A DNA stretch of 64,000 nt from a virus: IMG/VR virus record IMGVR_UViG_3300036770_006954, positions 107,630-171,629 of that record. One strand, 5' to 3'. Position 1 is the stretch's first letter. Every line of letters starts with the position of its first letter. Below, one piece after another: positions 54,008-64,000 of the stretch. Made by a program: the position numbers and the translations under genes. The notes below the pieces were generated by a model. It did not search any database and was not told the origin of the DNA. It worked only from the letters and a program-made list of their open reading frames with translations.

Positions 54008-54579
54008 GTAACCAAAGATTTTCGTGTACCTGAGAGCACAGGGGTAACTCGATGAAGAACAAAAGATGAAAAGAAAACTACCAATCCTTTTTCTTTTTGA
54101 ATAGTCGGTGTTCCTGACCCATTGTTAAATTGCAAATCGCCACCCTCATAATCCGCTGGGTCCGATAGTTGTACTACACAAGAAAGTTTACGGTTAGACA
54201 TATTTGGGCCAACGTCTGCATGCCAATCATAGTGGCCACCTCTATCATAATAAGTGGTATATTGCAATTGGTCGTGATATCCCCAAATGTCATAATTCCA
54301 CATTTCAGAATTAGCAACCATCGCTAGTTGAGTTATTCTATCGTAAATCCATTGAGTTTCTTTATTTTCGTGCATCCAAGCAATTTCGCTGATACGATAC
54401 TCGGAATTGCGCCCATCATCACCACCACCCGTTTGAGCGGCCTGTTTGGGATAAGTGTCACCAAGTTCAATTATTTTATCAACTTCAGCATCACTAAAGC
54501 CTTTAGTAAAATAATAGAAATTTAAATGGTCCAAAGTTGTTCTGTGTTGGGCCAAAAAAGGTAAAGAAGCGTTTGACAT
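53980..54579 (-). CDS. 2OG-Fe(II) oxygenase (PKHD/prolyl-hydroxylase-like)
   Basis: HYDWHAD, RKLSCVVQLS, YEGGDL, HRVTPV, RKSLVTW. Confidence 0.9.
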   Translation of the reverse strand: MSNASLPFLAQHRTTLDHLNFYYFTKGFSDAEVDKIIELGDTYPKQAAQTGGGDDGRNSEYRISEIAWMHENKETQWIYDRITQLAMVANSEMWNYDIWGYHDQLQYTTYYDRGGHYDWHADVGPNMSNRKLSCVVQLSDPADYEGGDLQFNNGSGTPTIQKEKGLVVFFSSFVLHRVTPVLSGTRKSLVTWLAGPQYK

Positions 54580-54628
54580 AAACTTTTTTATTTAATAATA
54601 ATACACCAAAACCTATATTTCAACTAAT

Positions 54629-55678
54629 ATGAAAGAAATACCCAAAATTTACGACATCATTTTTTTCTACAACGAACACAATCTGTTAAAAAAACGGATT
54701 GAATATCTTTCGGATGCTGTCGAAGGTTTTTTTATTTTGAATTTTGGACCCATTGTACCTCAATTATCCAATCCGAAAATTAAGGTAATACAAGTTCAAG
54801 AAAATTTCTTTAATTTTTTTACATACGACAATGTTGATTTGTTAAAAAAAGAATTATTGACATACGGCGTAAAATTTACTGATATTGTTTTGTTCTCAAA
54901 GGTTAATGAAATACCCAATAGAGAAGATTTGTGCACTTTTAGTACACATTTAAAATCGGGTCCAATCATATTGAAACAAAAAAATTATTTTTGGAATCAA
55001 AATTATAAATCAGTAACCATTCATATGGGTTCTTGTGTGATGTTGTTGACGCACTTAGCTCAGGATTATAAAATATTACATAAACTTTGGGAAATTGAGT
55101 TTCCTTATTTTATTGGGAACACAACATTATACTCAGGTTGGAATCTAAATGGTTTTTTCAAGGATAAAGACACCTTCACTGAATCTTTCACATACTGGAA
55201 TCAGTTGAAAACCTCTTTTTCTCATATAAAATATAAACTTTCACAATCGAAAAGGATGCTCAAAGAATTTTGGATTAAAAAAAATCCAAAAAATGTTTTT
55301 TTTGTTGAGGAAACCGAACTCCCAAAAATATTTCATTCAAAAACTAAAATCGAAATGAATAATCACAAAAAAATTTTGATTAAATTAGAAAATACTATCA
55401 CCTCATATTCTCAATATGATGAAATATTCGAAATTGCTCTTGGAGTAATTAATCATGTCAATAATAAAACATACAAAGTTATTATTCCTAAAAATCCTTG
55501 GTATCAACAGGATTTAGATTTTCAAATTGACTACACAAAAAATGAAATTTTAAAAGTCTTTAATGAATTGCATTATAATGATTTTGATGAAATTTATATC
55601 ATAAAAAAAACCGATGAGAAACCATCGGTTTACAATTTAAAAGAATTCAAAAAATTAATACCTTCTGAATGTTTTTAG
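54629..55678 (+). CDS. Glycosyltransferase family 17-like protein (possibly degenerate)
   Basis: IYDIIFFYNEHNLLKKRIEYL; FSKVNEIP in place of SDxDEIP; SGWNL. Confidence 0.55.
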   Translation: MKEIPKIYDIIFFYNEHNLLKKRIEYLSDAVEGFFILNFGPIVPQLSNPKIKVIQVQENFFNFFTYDNVDLLKKELLTYGVKFTDIVLFSKVNEIPNREDLCTFSTHLKSGPIILKQKNYFWNQNYKSVTIHMGSCVMLLTHLAQDYKILHKLWEIEFPYFIGNTTLYSGWNLNGFFKDKDTFTESFTYWNQLKTSFSHIKYKLSQSKRMLKEFWIKKNPKNVFFVEETELPKIFHSKTKIEMNNHKKILIKLENTITSYSQYDEIFEIALGVINHVNNKTYKVIIPKNPWYQQDLDFQIDYTKNEILKVFNELHYNDFDEIYIIKKTDEKPSVYNLKEFKKLIPSECF

Positions 55679-56415
55679 AATTTCGACATTCTTTGAAACA
55701 TTTCTAATATAATTTTTTTATTATCTACAGCACTTTCATCTAATATTTCATCCTCTTCATAGATGTCCCCATCGGCGGTGTCACCATATGAATCACCAGC
55801 TTCAGGACCGTCAGAAACAAAGTTGTAAGCCTTATCCTCACCACCCATCATTTCTTGTCCATCATACTCTTTATTCATCATCTTATTCATTCTTGCAACC
55901 ATTTCACGAGCTTCAGAATCGGTATCGTGTTGTGATTCATAATCCAGAACATTTTGCTGGTCTTCATATTCTTGATTTATAGTATTAAAATCAGTTTTTT
56001 TATTAAACTCCTCAGGACCATCTGTATCGAAGTTGTAAGCAGATTCCATTTCATCATACTGTTCTTCCATTTCGTCTTCTTTGTAGAGTTTTTTGTGCAT
56101 ACCCTCAAAAGTATCGACATCGTTAGATGAACCCTGTACATAATCAAATCCTGCTTTTGGGTCTAAATCTTGTGATACATCAAGTTTTTGACCGTACATT
56201 TGTTCGTTGATACCAACATTAGAAAACCCTTGTACTTTACCGTTATTACCAACCGTCATACCAACTTTATCCTTAGCAAAGTCTTGCACAGTCAATGGTG
56301 ATAGGTTACTGTTTGTTTTATTTAAAGTGGCATATCCATCATATGGTGTTTGATGTTGTTTTAAAATATTTTCTTTTTCGGAATCACTTGGATTCCATAT
56401 AGACATGTATGACAT
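55675..56415 (-). CDS. Acidic late protein with AYNFxxDGPE repeats
   Basis: Start MSYMSIW after TATTTATA; EKENILKQH..GINEQ. Confidence 0.65.
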   Translation of the reverse strand: MSYMSIWNPSDSEKENILKQHQTPYDGYATLNKTNSNLSPLTVQDFAKDKVGMTVGNNGKVQGFSNVGINEQMYGQKLDVSQDLDPKAGFDYVQGSSNDVDTFEGMHKKLYKEDEMEEQYDEMESAYNFDTDGPEEFNKKTDFNTINQEYEDQQNVLDYESQHDTDSEAREMVARMNKMMNKEYDGQEMMGGEDKAYNFVSDGPEAGDSYGDTADGDIYEEDEILDESAVDNKKIILEMFQRMSKF

Positions 56416-56487
56416 AATCAGATGTTTTGTTATAAATAGTTCTTCGGACCCCTTTTTTTTATTTTTTACTTTTACTATAATTGACAT

Positions 56488-56748
56488 ATGGATTTAGATG
56501 AACTTTTTGAAACCGCTGAAGGTGCCGTTGTCCTTACCGGATTCGACGATGCCATAATTGGACTGGCAGAAGAATTTGGTAACGGACCTCGAATACTTTA
56601 TTCAAGAGAAAAAATATTACAAATTCTTCAAGAAAGAGATGAAATGAGTTTTAACGATGCCTTAGATTTCTATGATTTTAACATTCTTGGAATGTATGTC
56701 GGAGAACAAAATCCAATAATCCTTTATGAAACTTTAAACAAAGAATAA
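56488..56748 (+). CDS. Conserved phage hypothetical protein
   Basis: GFDDAIIG...YS..KI...FNILGMYVGEQNP. Confidence 0.7.
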   Translation: MDLDELFETAEGAVVLTGFDDAIIGLAEEFGNGPRILYSREKILQILQERDEMSFNDALDFYDFNILGMYVGEQNPIILYETLNKE

Positions 56749-56750
56749 AA

Positions 56751-56963
56751 ATGGTAACACTTACTTTTAATACCACCACCAAAACTGTGAAAATCTCAAA
56801 CACAGCAGATAAAAACATATACGAATACTCAAATATCCCAACTGTCAAAGTTCGGGATGGATTCTACGAGGTAATGCAAAAAGAAGCTTCTCTTACAGAG
56901 GAAATTCAAATCCCCATTTGTCGTCTACCAATTGCTCAAACAATAATGTTCATTAACAAATAA
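56751..56963 (+). CDS. Small hypothetical protein
   Basis: 70 aa ORF in operon. Confidence 0.65.
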   Translation: MVTLTFNTTTKTVKISNTADKNIYEYSNIPTVKVRDGFYEVMQKEASLTEEIQIPICRLPIAQTIMFINK

Positions 56964-56967
56964 AAAA

Positions 56968-57729
56968 ATGATTCATTATAAACTAGCGGAACAATTGCAT
57001 TTTAATTATGTGAATACATACCCATTTCCTCATATTGTAATTGACAACTTTTTGGACAAGGGTATTGCAACTAAAGCATCAAATGATTTAAAAAATTATG
57101 AGAAATGGGATTATGACCCAACCTCATATTCTTCGGATGCCCAAATTAACAAGTTTTTTTGTCCAGGTGTCGATACCGATTTGGAACATATGGAGAATAA
57201 CACAAGAACCGCATGGCAGGTACTACAGTTTTTGAATTCACCAATCGCTATTTCATATTTAGAAACCCTGACGGGTATTCAAGGTCTTATACCCGACCCA
57301 AAATTTATTGGTGGTGGTTATCATAAGATTAAAAGAGGTGGTAAATTATCAATTCACGCAGATTATAATACTCACCCTGAAACTAAACTTCATCGTAGAC
57401 TTAACCTATTGATTTATTTGAATCAGAATTGGCAAGAAGAATGGGGCGGTCATTTAGAATTATGGAACAAAGAATTGACAAAGTGCACACACAAAATTCT
57501 ACCAATCTTTAACCGTGCGGTCATCTTTAACATTACAGACGATGCTTATCACGGTCATCCTGAACCTCTTAATTGTCCCGAGGATGAGGCTCGTCACTCT
57601 TTGGCACTATATTATTTCACTGAAGACAGACCATACTCCGAAAAGAGTGATGAACATGCGGCTGTTTGGTATTTTCCTGAAGAAAAATCACAATCGGAAA
57701 ATTTAGATGAACTTTTTTCTATTTCATAA
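56968..57729 (+). CDS. 2OG-Fe(II) oxygenase
   Basis: PFPHIVIDNFL, IHADYN, RRLNLLIYLN, WGGHLELW, HGHP, RHSLALYY. Confidence 0.9.
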   Translation: MIHYKLAEQLHFNYVNTYPFPHIVIDNFLDKGIATKASNDLKNYEKWDYDPTSYSSDAQINKFFCPGVDTDLEHMENNTRTAWQVLQFLNSPIAISYLETLTGIQGLIPDPKFIGGGYHKIKRGGKLSIHADYNTHPETKLHRRLNLLIYLNQNWQEEWGGHLELWNKELTKCTHKILPIFNRAVIFNITDDAYHGHPEPLNCPEDEARHSLALYYFTEDRPYSEKSDEHAAVWYFPEEKSQSENLDELFSIS

Positions 57730-58784
57730 TGAATAACTTAGATAAAAACTACCAAGCACTATTACAAGATATTCTTGATAATGGTGTTATTAAAGAAGAC
57801 CGTACAGGTACTGGAACATTATCGGTGTTTGGTCGTCAAATTAGACATAAAATGTCTGAAGGTTATCCTCTACTCACAACCAAAAAAATGGCGGTGAAAG
57901 CAATGATTACGGAACTCAAGTGGTTTTTGAAAGGAGATACCAATATTAAGTATTTGGTTGATAATGGTTGCCGTATTTGGGATGGTGATGCTTATAAGCG
58001 ATATAAAAGTACAAATCCTGATTATCTGGCAAATGATGAAATGTTTAAAACAGAAAGAGGAACATATAAATTTTTTACCCAAGAAGAATTCATCAACAAA
58101 ATCAAAACAGACGATGAGTTTGCTAAGAAGTGGGGTGAATTAGGTCCAATCTACGGTAAGCAATGGAGAAGTTGGAATAAATATAGAGTTGAACCTGGTT
58201 TAGTAAGTAGCCAACCAATAGACCAAATTCAAAACCTAATCAATGACCTTAAAACAAATCCGGATTCACGAAGGTTGATGGTATCTGCTTGGAATGTAGG
58301 GGAATTAAATCAAATGGTACTCCCCCCCTGTCACTATGGCTTCCAAGTTTATACAAAAGAAATGACTTTGGAAGAAAGACTTGAATGGAACTATGAGAAT
58401 ACTGACCCTTTGTTAAGAAGTATGGATTATTTCCCTGAGCACCTTGATTCAATGGGAGTTCCAAAAAGAAAAATTTCTTTGATGTGGAATCAAAGAAGTG
58501 TGGATACTTTACTGGGTCTGCCGTTCAATGTTGCGTCATATGGTCTGTTGTTATTGATTCTCGCTAAAGAGGTTAACATGGTTCCTGATGAATTAATTGG
58601 TAATTTGGGTGATACTCATTTGTATTTAAATCACCTTACCCAAGCTAAGGAACAAATCAAAAGAGAACCATTTTCACTCCCCGAAATGGAAATTAAAAAT
58701 TGTGATATTCAAAATGGAGAGTTTGAATATGAACTTTTGAATTATACTTCACACCCTAAAATTGAAGCACCGTTAAGTAATTAA
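57729..58784 (+). CDS. thyA: Thymidylate synthase
   Basis: DRTGTGT, DSRR, LPPCH, NQRSVD, GLPFN (Asn = dUMP-specific), GDTHLY. Confidence 0.95.
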   Translation: MNNLDKNYQALLQDILDNGVIKEDRTGTGTLSVFGRQIRHKMSEGYPLLTTKKMAVKAMITELKWFLKGDTNIKYLVDNGCRIWDGDAYKRYKSTNPDYLANDEMFKTERGTYKFFTQEEFINKIKTDDEFAKKWGELGPIYGKQWRSWNKYRVEPGLVSSQPIDQIQNLINDLKTNPDSRRLMVSAWNVGELNQMVLPPCHYGFQVYTKEMTLEERLEWNYENTDPLLRSMDYFPEHLDSMGVPKRKISLMWNQRSVDTLLGLPFNVASYGLLLLILAKEVNMVPDELIGNLGDTHLYLNHLTQAKEQIKREPFSLPEMEIKNCDIQNGEFEYELLNYTSHPKIEAPLSN

Positions 58785-58786
58785 GT

Positions 58787-59326
58787 ATGGATTTTCCAAT
58801 ATTAGTAGAACACCCCACTTTTGGGGACCATCGTGGTAATTTTTGTGCATCACCTATTTCTATGATGAGTGACAAACGACTTGATAAAAATTGGGTACAG
58901 GTAAACACAAGTATAAGTGTCGACCCCTTAACACTCAGGGGTCTTCACTTTCAAAATCACCCATTTCAGCAAACCAAATATATGAAACCTATATGGGGTT
59001 CAATTTTGAATTTTGTTGTCTGTGTGGACAAAAAAAGACCTGATTTCGGTGAGGTTTACTCATTTCATATTGATGTAAATCACGCAGTTTTAATTCCAAG
59101 GGGATTTGCTAATGGAGTTTTGACCTTGGAACCGAACACAATCATTCAATATTTCGTAGATAATTCGTTCTCGAAGGAACACGACCAATCCCTGAAGTGG
59201 GATAGTCACCCTAGAATAAAGGACATAGTTAATCAATTTACGGATTCTCCTATTATTTCAGAAAAAGATGAAAATGGTTTTTTGTGGGATGATTTGGTAT
59301 CAGAAAAATACCATATACATTGCTAA
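58787..59326 (+). CDS. rfbC: dTDP-4-dehydrorhamnose 3,5-epimerase family
   Basis: FGDHRGNF, LRGLHFQ, IPRGFANG, ISEKD. Confidence 0.85.
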   Translation: MDFPILVEHPTFGDHRGNFCASPISMMSDKRLDKNWVQVNTSISVDPLTLRGLHFQNHPFQQTKYMKPIWGSILNFVVCVDKKRPDFGEVYSFHIDVNHAVLIPRGFANGVLTLEPNTIIQYFVDNSFSKEHDQSLKWDSHPRIKDIVNQFTDSPIISEKDENGFLWDDLVSEKYHIHC

Positions 59327-59908
59327 GAGTTTTCGCGAAGCATTTTGGACTTCTCTTTTGACTTTATCAAAATCAAAGTCTTCACCCCTTTTTTCCATTA
59401 CTTTCATAACTCCACTGATGATTTTCCGTTTCACTTCATCAGCATTTTCAACAACTCTCTCATATGCCTCGAGTTGTTCATTTGAAGTAAATTCAATATC
59501 ATATGGAGAACCAAACTTTGTGGTGATGTAATCTGAACCTGAATATAAAAGTGGTGAGCTTCCGTACATATTGGTAATACCACTATCTTTTAAATCCAAA
59601 AGGAATTGACGAATAAATCCAATGTCAAAATTCCTTAAAATATATTCATTATCTTGAATATAGGCAAACTGGGGATTTTTGCTTTTCTCTTCATTCAAAG
59701 ATGGTGATTCCAACTTTTTCCACACATCCACATTTGATAAAAGAGATAAACGACTTCCATTTTCCCAAACAACTTCAATAATTAACCCATCATCTTCAAA
59801 TGGGTCTCTTGTTATACTCTGAACGATACCCTTAGTACCAGGAGATAAAAACTCATTCTCCATATGATAGAGCATAATTTTATCGCCAGGGTTTAGTTTT
59901 TCTTTCAT
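59300..59908 (-). CDS. Hypothetical late protein
   Basis: 202 aa, TATTTATA upstream. Confidence 0.65.
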   Translation of the reverse strand: MKEKLNPGDKIMLYHMENEFLSPGTKGIVQSITRDPFEDDGLIIEVVWENGSRLSLLSNVDVWKKLESPSLNEEKSKNPQFAYIQDNEYILRNFDIGFIRQFLLDLKDSGITNMYGSSPLLYSGSDYITTKFGSPYDIEFTSNEQLEAYERVVENADEVKRKIISGVMKVMEKRGEDFDFDKVKREVQNASRKLLAMYMVFF

Positions 59909-59944
59909 ATGATTATAAATACTTTGGAATGTATTTATGGAAAT

Positions 59945-60574
59945 ATGAGGTATAAACGCACCAAGATAAATGAAAGTGTATTACTTTTGGAGTCACAAAC
60001 CACAAGTTTGGGAAAAGACTTAATTGAAATGCACGACCAAATGGTTAAGATTTTAGAAGATTGTCACCAAGTTTGGAAACTCAATGCGAAGTTTCTTGTA
60101 ACTTGGGGTGCGTCGTTGGGTGGACTTATACTACCTCTTAAAAATTGGATAGAAACAAATCATCCCGAACTTACCTATGAACAAGTTATACTTTTGTTAT
60201 TGGGGGTTGCATCCAACTTTTTTTACGATAACGAAGTATTCATCAAAAAAGTTTTGAAAAAAATTCACCAAGAAGGATTAGTTGATGTTTTCAAAAAAGT
60301 ATTCAAAAAAACCAAAGAACTAAAAAAATCATTGGAGGAACTCTTGATGGGACTTAAAAATTTTACAATTAATATGTCTTCGATTGTGAGTTACGCGTTT
60401 ATCCTTCCAATCCTTTCTGATTTGATTAACATGGTTGGTGAAGGTGATTTTGAAGAAAATGTAAAACTAATCACCACCCGTATCTTAGCGTCAGGAGTAG
60501 TTCTGATTAGTGGGGTATCATTAGCCAATCTTTTGACCGAAGTCTTCAAGAGTTTCCAAAAGACGAGTCTTTAA
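59945..60574 (+). CDS. Membrane-associated hypothetical late protein
   Basis: Start MRYKRTKINES after GTATTTATG; hydrophobic segments. Confidence 0.6.
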   Translation: MRYKRTKINESVLLLESQTTSLGKDLIEMHDQMVKILEDCHQVWKLNAKFLVTWGASLGGLILPLKNWIETNHPELTYEQVILLLLGVASNFFYDNEVFIKKVLKKIHQEGLVDVFKKVFKKTKELKKSLEELLMGLKNFTINMSSIVSYAFILPILSDLINMVGEGDFEENVKLITTRILASGVVLISGVSLANLLTEVFKSFQKTSL

Positions 60575-61093
60575 CTCATTTTCGTTATTGAATTCGTGGA
60601 ACTTACCATACTTGGTAAACCAACGCTCAACTATCTCAACTAACTCAGACCCACAATATTCGGATTCGAACATGAAACCATAATACTGAGCTTCAATTTC
60701 GTGAGGTTGGAAATAATAGTCTTCAGTATCCACATTTTCAGTGTCCCCAAATTCGATACCCCCCATTTCTTGAATCCAATGTGTTAGTTCATGTGTAAGG
60801 ACTTCACCTATGTTAGAAATGGTATGAAAATCCACAGGTTTTGAACTCAAAAGTTGAATCTTAATGGTATTCTCATCATTGTAGTAATCCCCTAAGACAA
60901 TATTATCCTCAAGGGTTACCGTTTCTTCCCATTCAAACTCCACGATAAGGTCTTGACCCAAAAACCTATAAGTCATATCTCCACCCGAATCCTCGGGGAG
61001 GAAAAATGAACCTGAAGAATTGAAATGGATGACAAGTTCAATGTCTTCTAAAATTTGTTTAGTAATGTCAAAAAGTTGTTGTTTGTTTACCAT
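60521..61093 (-). CDS. Zincin-like metallopeptidase-motif protein
   Basis: HELTHWIQ ... YYFQPHEIEAQ. Confidence 0.6.
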   Translation of the reverse strand: MVNKQQLFDITKQILEDIELVIHFNSSGSFFLPEDSGGDMTYRFLGQDLIVEFEWEETVTLEDNIVLGDYYNDENTIKIQLLSSKPVDFHTISNIGEVLTHELTHWIQEMGGIEFGDTENVDTEDYYFQPHEIEAQYYGFMFESEYCGSELVEIVERWFTKYGKFHEFNNENELKTRLLETLEDFGQKIG

Positions 61094-61515
61094 TTTACAT
61101 AAATTCCTATTCCATAATAAAACTCCTCTGAAACTCTAACGATAGTTGTTAAATCTAAATCGTTTGTTCTGTCAGTTATGGTATTCACCACACGAGCTTT
61201 AATCCACAGTTCGGGACTTATTTGATTGGGGGGATAACTAAACCCCATATTTTTTTGATAACCTCCTACCATCAAACTTATATCATCAAAAAGTTTGACT
61301 TCGCCACCGAAACGATTAAGGAAGGAGTAAGGTTGATTGTAACTATAAGGGAATGGGTATGAGGTAAAATATTGACCACCCACATAAAAACCCACTCTAT
61401 CTACGGTTTGACTAACAATAATTGAATTATCATTAACCACATAAATGATGTCGTTACCCCTCTGTGCTAAAAGGGGGGTTGATAGAATAAAAAAAAGAAT
61501 TAGTAGTCGTTTCAT
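61087..61515 (-). CDS. Signal-peptide protein, small outer-membrane beta-barrel-like
   Basis: MKRLLILFFILSTPLLA-Q; C-terminal YGIGIYVKW. Confidence 0.55.
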   Translation of the reverse strand: MKRLLILFFILSTPLLAQRGNDIIYVVNDNSIIVSQTVDRVGFYVGGQYFTSYPFPYSYNQPYSFLNRFGGEVKLFDDISLMVGGYQKNMGFSYPPNQISPELWIKARVVNTITDRTNDLDLTTIVRVSEEFYYGIGIYVKW

Positions 61516-61544
61516 CGAGAGAAATGATAAAACAAAAAACGGGA

Positions 61545-61850
61545 TTAATCAAATTCGAGAATGGAAATTTTTAAATTTCCTTCCCCTTTAATTACTCTGT
61601 GCCAAACAAATTTGGGGATAAAGATTTCCTGTCCGTTTTGCATTTTGATTGGCAACGAATCATCCATTTGAAATCCCCACCCGTCACTTTCGAGAATTGT
61701 TACCAATCTATCTTTTTCATCGGTATGCCACTTGAGTTCTTCCTCATCCACATCGAATGAGAAGACCCTTTCTAATTTTCCTTCTTTTTCTTTTTGAGAG
61801 AAAGGAAAATTACCAAGAGTTTGATGAAGATAGTCCGAGTTGTTTTGCAT
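61545..61850 (-). CDS. Cupin-like small protein (start uncertain)
   Basis: LKWHTDEKDR..GWGFQMDD..FIPKFVWHRVIKG. Confidence 0.6.
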   Translation of the reverse strand: MQNNSDYLHQTLGNFPFSQKEKEGKLERVFSFDVDEEELKWHTDEKDRLVTILESDGWGFQMDDSLPIKMQNGQEIFIPKFVWHRVIKGEGNLKISILEFD

Positions 61851-62418
61851 ATCGTCCGACGTTGCAACTCCAATAACCTGCTGTGGTTCTGTCTTTCTTT
61901 TGGTCACACTTGTGACGAGCTCTGAAAGACTTGGCGGCTTTTTTGTTTTTATTTCTTACTCTGAGTCCTGGGTCACCAAAGGTTACTTTTTTTACATTAC
62001 CCTTATCTGATTTCACATACACGGCGAATTTCTTTGGACCACCTGGCGTTCTGAATGGTTTGTTAAGGTCGACATTCTTTCCACGGTATTCCGCTTCGTT
62101 AATACCCACCTCAACATAAACAGGTGCGTCGAGATAAACATATTCACCCTCAAACTCGGCAGTTTTACCGAGGTCTGATTCCACCATTAGGGTATCCTCT
62201 TCATTAAGAGAGATAAGACCCTCTTCCCAAAGACCACGGACTTCATTTACAAGGTTAAAATATCCTTCAGAATAAACTCTGAAGACATTGTCGGTTAAAG
62301 ACAACTTGTTGTCAATATGATATTGTAAATGGTCGGAAACTTCAACATCTTCTTTTAAAACCAAAGTTGGGTTCTCCAAGTTTTCAACATATTCCAAAAG
62401 TATATCCTTGATGTTCAT
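61810..62418 (-). CDS. Conserved large-phage late protein
   Basis: INEAEYRGKNVDLNKPFRTPGGPKKFAVYVK..KVTFGDP..SFRARHKC..YWSC. Confidence 0.7.
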   Translation of the reverse strand: MNIKDILLEYVENLENPTLVLKEDVEVSDHLQYHIDNKLSLTDNVFRVYSEGYFNLVNEVRGLWEEGLISLNEEDTLMVESDLGKTAEFEGEYVYLDAPVYVEVGINEAEYRGKNVDLNKPFRTPGGPKKFAVYVKSDKGNVKKVTFGDPGLRVRNKNKKAAKSFRARHKCDQKKDRTTAGYWSCNVGRYAKQLGLSSSNSW

Positions 62419-62488
62419 AGTAATATTTTAATGATAAATACTTTCATATTTATTTGTAGGGTAGATATTCATTTACTACTTTTGATTT

Positions 62489-62695
62489 ATGGAAAATAAT
62501 TTTGAAAAAGAATATCAGTGGGTAGAAAAAATTGTTACTTCCTCACAAAATCACCAACAGTTGGATTGTTCAAGAAACTGTTTTACTAACTTTTTAAACA
62601 AACACAAACCCAAACTTGATAAAAATCCCAAATTGTACCTGAGTATTTCAGAAGAATTTAACGAACTTTATTATCAGAAGTTTTTGAGTTTATAA
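62489..62695 (+). CDS. Small hypothetical protein
   Basis: 68 aa ORF. Confidence 0.6.
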   Translation: MENNFEKEYQWVEKIVTSSQNHQQLDCSRNCFTNFLNKHKPKLDKNPKLYLSISEEFNELYYQKFLSL

Positions 62696-62717
62696 ATAAA
62701 TTTCTTATTTTTGTTTT

Positions 62718-63290
62718 ATGGAACACAAAAGACTTAATCCATTGGAGAGGTTTCTTCTTTTCTGGAGATTTGAATATCGTCATTACCCACGAAACTTCGT
62801 TCGAGGTATAAAAAACCTTATCAAATGGGGACCAATAATTTGGAAAGACCGAGATTGGGATGATAGTTTCTTTTTCGAGATTTTGAAATTTAAAATATCC
62901 AAAATGGCAGAATCCCACGGTAAAATCATGCCCTATGTGGGTTCCGAGCGTAATGTGGAAATTATGAACACAATTATTCGATTAATCGACAAGTTTCAAA
63001 CTGAACATTACTTACACGAATACTTCAACTATATTGATGAAGAACATTCATTTGTTAAAATCGAAGGAACAGAATTTTTTCAGGTAAAAACAAAAAATCT
63101 CCGTGATGATTTGGATGAATATTTTGATAAGTACCCATTGTTGAAAAAACGGGCGGTCAATCACAAGTATTACAAAGAAGAACCCAGTTATAAAAATTTG
63201 GCAATTTCAATGGGAGTTGTTCAACACGAAAAGGCAAAACGCCTTATCTTTGAACTACTGAATCGTAATGTAGAAAAATGGTGGGAATAA
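62718..63290 (+). CDS. Conserved phage hypothetical protein
   Basis: IWKDRDWDDSFFFEILKFKI ... WWE. Confidence 0.7.
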   Translation: MEHKRLNPLERFLLFWRFEYRHYPRNFVRGIKNLIKWGPIIWKDRDWDDSFFFEILKFKISKMAESHGKIMPYVGSERNVEIMNTIIRLIDKFQTEHYLHEYFNYIDEEHSFVKIEGTEFFQVKTKNLRDDLDEYFDKYPLLKKRAVNHKYYKEEPSYKNLAISMGVVQHEKAKRLIFELLNRNVEKWWE

Positions 63291-63991
63291 TAAAAATCAC
63301 TTTTATATCTGATACACATTCAAAACACAATCAGGTAACTTCGAGTCTACCTGGTGGTGATGTGCTCATCCATGCTGGCGATATAAGTAATCGAGGTCGT
63401 CGAACTGAGATTCAAGATTTCATCAAATGGTTTTCAGGGATTGACAACTACACCCACAAGATTTTTATTGCGGGAAATCACGACTTTGGTTGTCAAGATG
63501 AATCGGCTGCGGTTACAGAACTTCTTAGACTCAATCCTGGTTGTGAGTATCTTTACGATGACTTGTTTTTAATCGGAAAAGATGCCGATGACTATGATAA
63601 GATGATTAAAGTTTGGGGTAGCCCATGGCAACCTGAATTTCACAATTGGGCTTTTAATCTACCTCGTCAAGGTCAAAAACTAAAGTCGGTTTGGGATATG
63701 ATTACTCCTGATGTAGACATTTTGATTACCCATGGACCACCATTTGGACACTTGGATTATGTTGCCTATTCTAAACAAAATGTAGGTTGTGAATTACTGC
63801 GAGACAGAATTGACCTTATCAAACCAAAAATTCATGTCTTTGGGCACATTCACTCAGGTTATGGATATAAATTCGACGGAACAACTCATTTTTTTAACGC
63901 TGCGGTTTTAGATGAAAGGTATGATTTTACCCAAAAACCACTGAGTGTGGAATGGGACCCAAAAACAAATGAACTAAATTTTGTGGAATAA
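63278..63991 (+). CDS. Calcineurin-like metallophosphoesterase
   Basis: ISDTH, IHAGD, AGNHD, ITHGPP, FGHIH. Confidence 0.92.
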   Translation: MVGIIKITFISDTHSKHNQVTSSLPGGDVLIHAGDISNRGRRTEIQDFIKWFSGIDNYTHKIFIAGNHDFGCQDESAAVTELLRLNPGCEYLYDDLFLIGKDADDYDKMIKVWGSPWQPEFHNWAFNLPRQGQKLKSVWDMITPDVDILITHGPPFGHLDYVAYSKQNVGCELLRDRIDLIKPKIHVFGHIHSGYGYKFDGTTHFFNAAVLDERYDFTQKPLSVEWDPKTNELNFVE

Positions 63992-64000
63992 AAAAAGGGG

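Noticed and set aside
57729-58784. ThyA as a dCMP hydroxymethylase for DNA modification
   Set aside because: It has Asn in GLPFN and standard ThyA motifs, consistent with an ordinary dUMP methylase.
61545-61907. Programmed frameshift joining 61810-62418 to the cupin-like ORF
   Set aside because: No clear slippery site, and an overlapping ATG at 61850 can explain expression.

Overview
This window is a fragment of a large T4-like (jumbo/huge) dsDNA phage genome using genetic code 11. The host is probably a Bacteroidota bacterium, judged from TTTG-N19/20-TAnnTTTG promoters, A-rich starts without Shine-Dalgarno sites, and a GE-starting tmRNA tag. The left ~15 kb is the head module: major capsid (partial, missed by the ORF track), scaffold, prohead protease, portal and TerL, with an antisense-oriented ribosomal protein bS21. 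It is followed by a ClpC-like ATPase with a divergent UVR-domain partner, a tmRNA, 26 canonical-type tRNAs covering all 20 amino acids, ClpP, tandem carbamoyltransferases, 2OG-Fe(II) oxygenases, ThyA, RfbC and many putative capsid-packaged proteins. The most unusual part is the minus-strand stable-RNA region at ~31.2-38.2 kb. It contains: (i) a 30-codon leader ORF with an antiterminator/terminator pair and a boxA-like site, which looks like a ribosome-stalling attenuator controlling phage tRNA genes; (ii) a compact phage RNase P RNA with an intact catalytic core but no recognisable canonical S-domain; (iii) a family of tRNA-like RNAs that share an AGUCA(G/A) acceptor stem and T-arm but carry unrelated inserts; and (iv) several other structured RNAs. 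All RNA structures were read by eye and no database searches were run.
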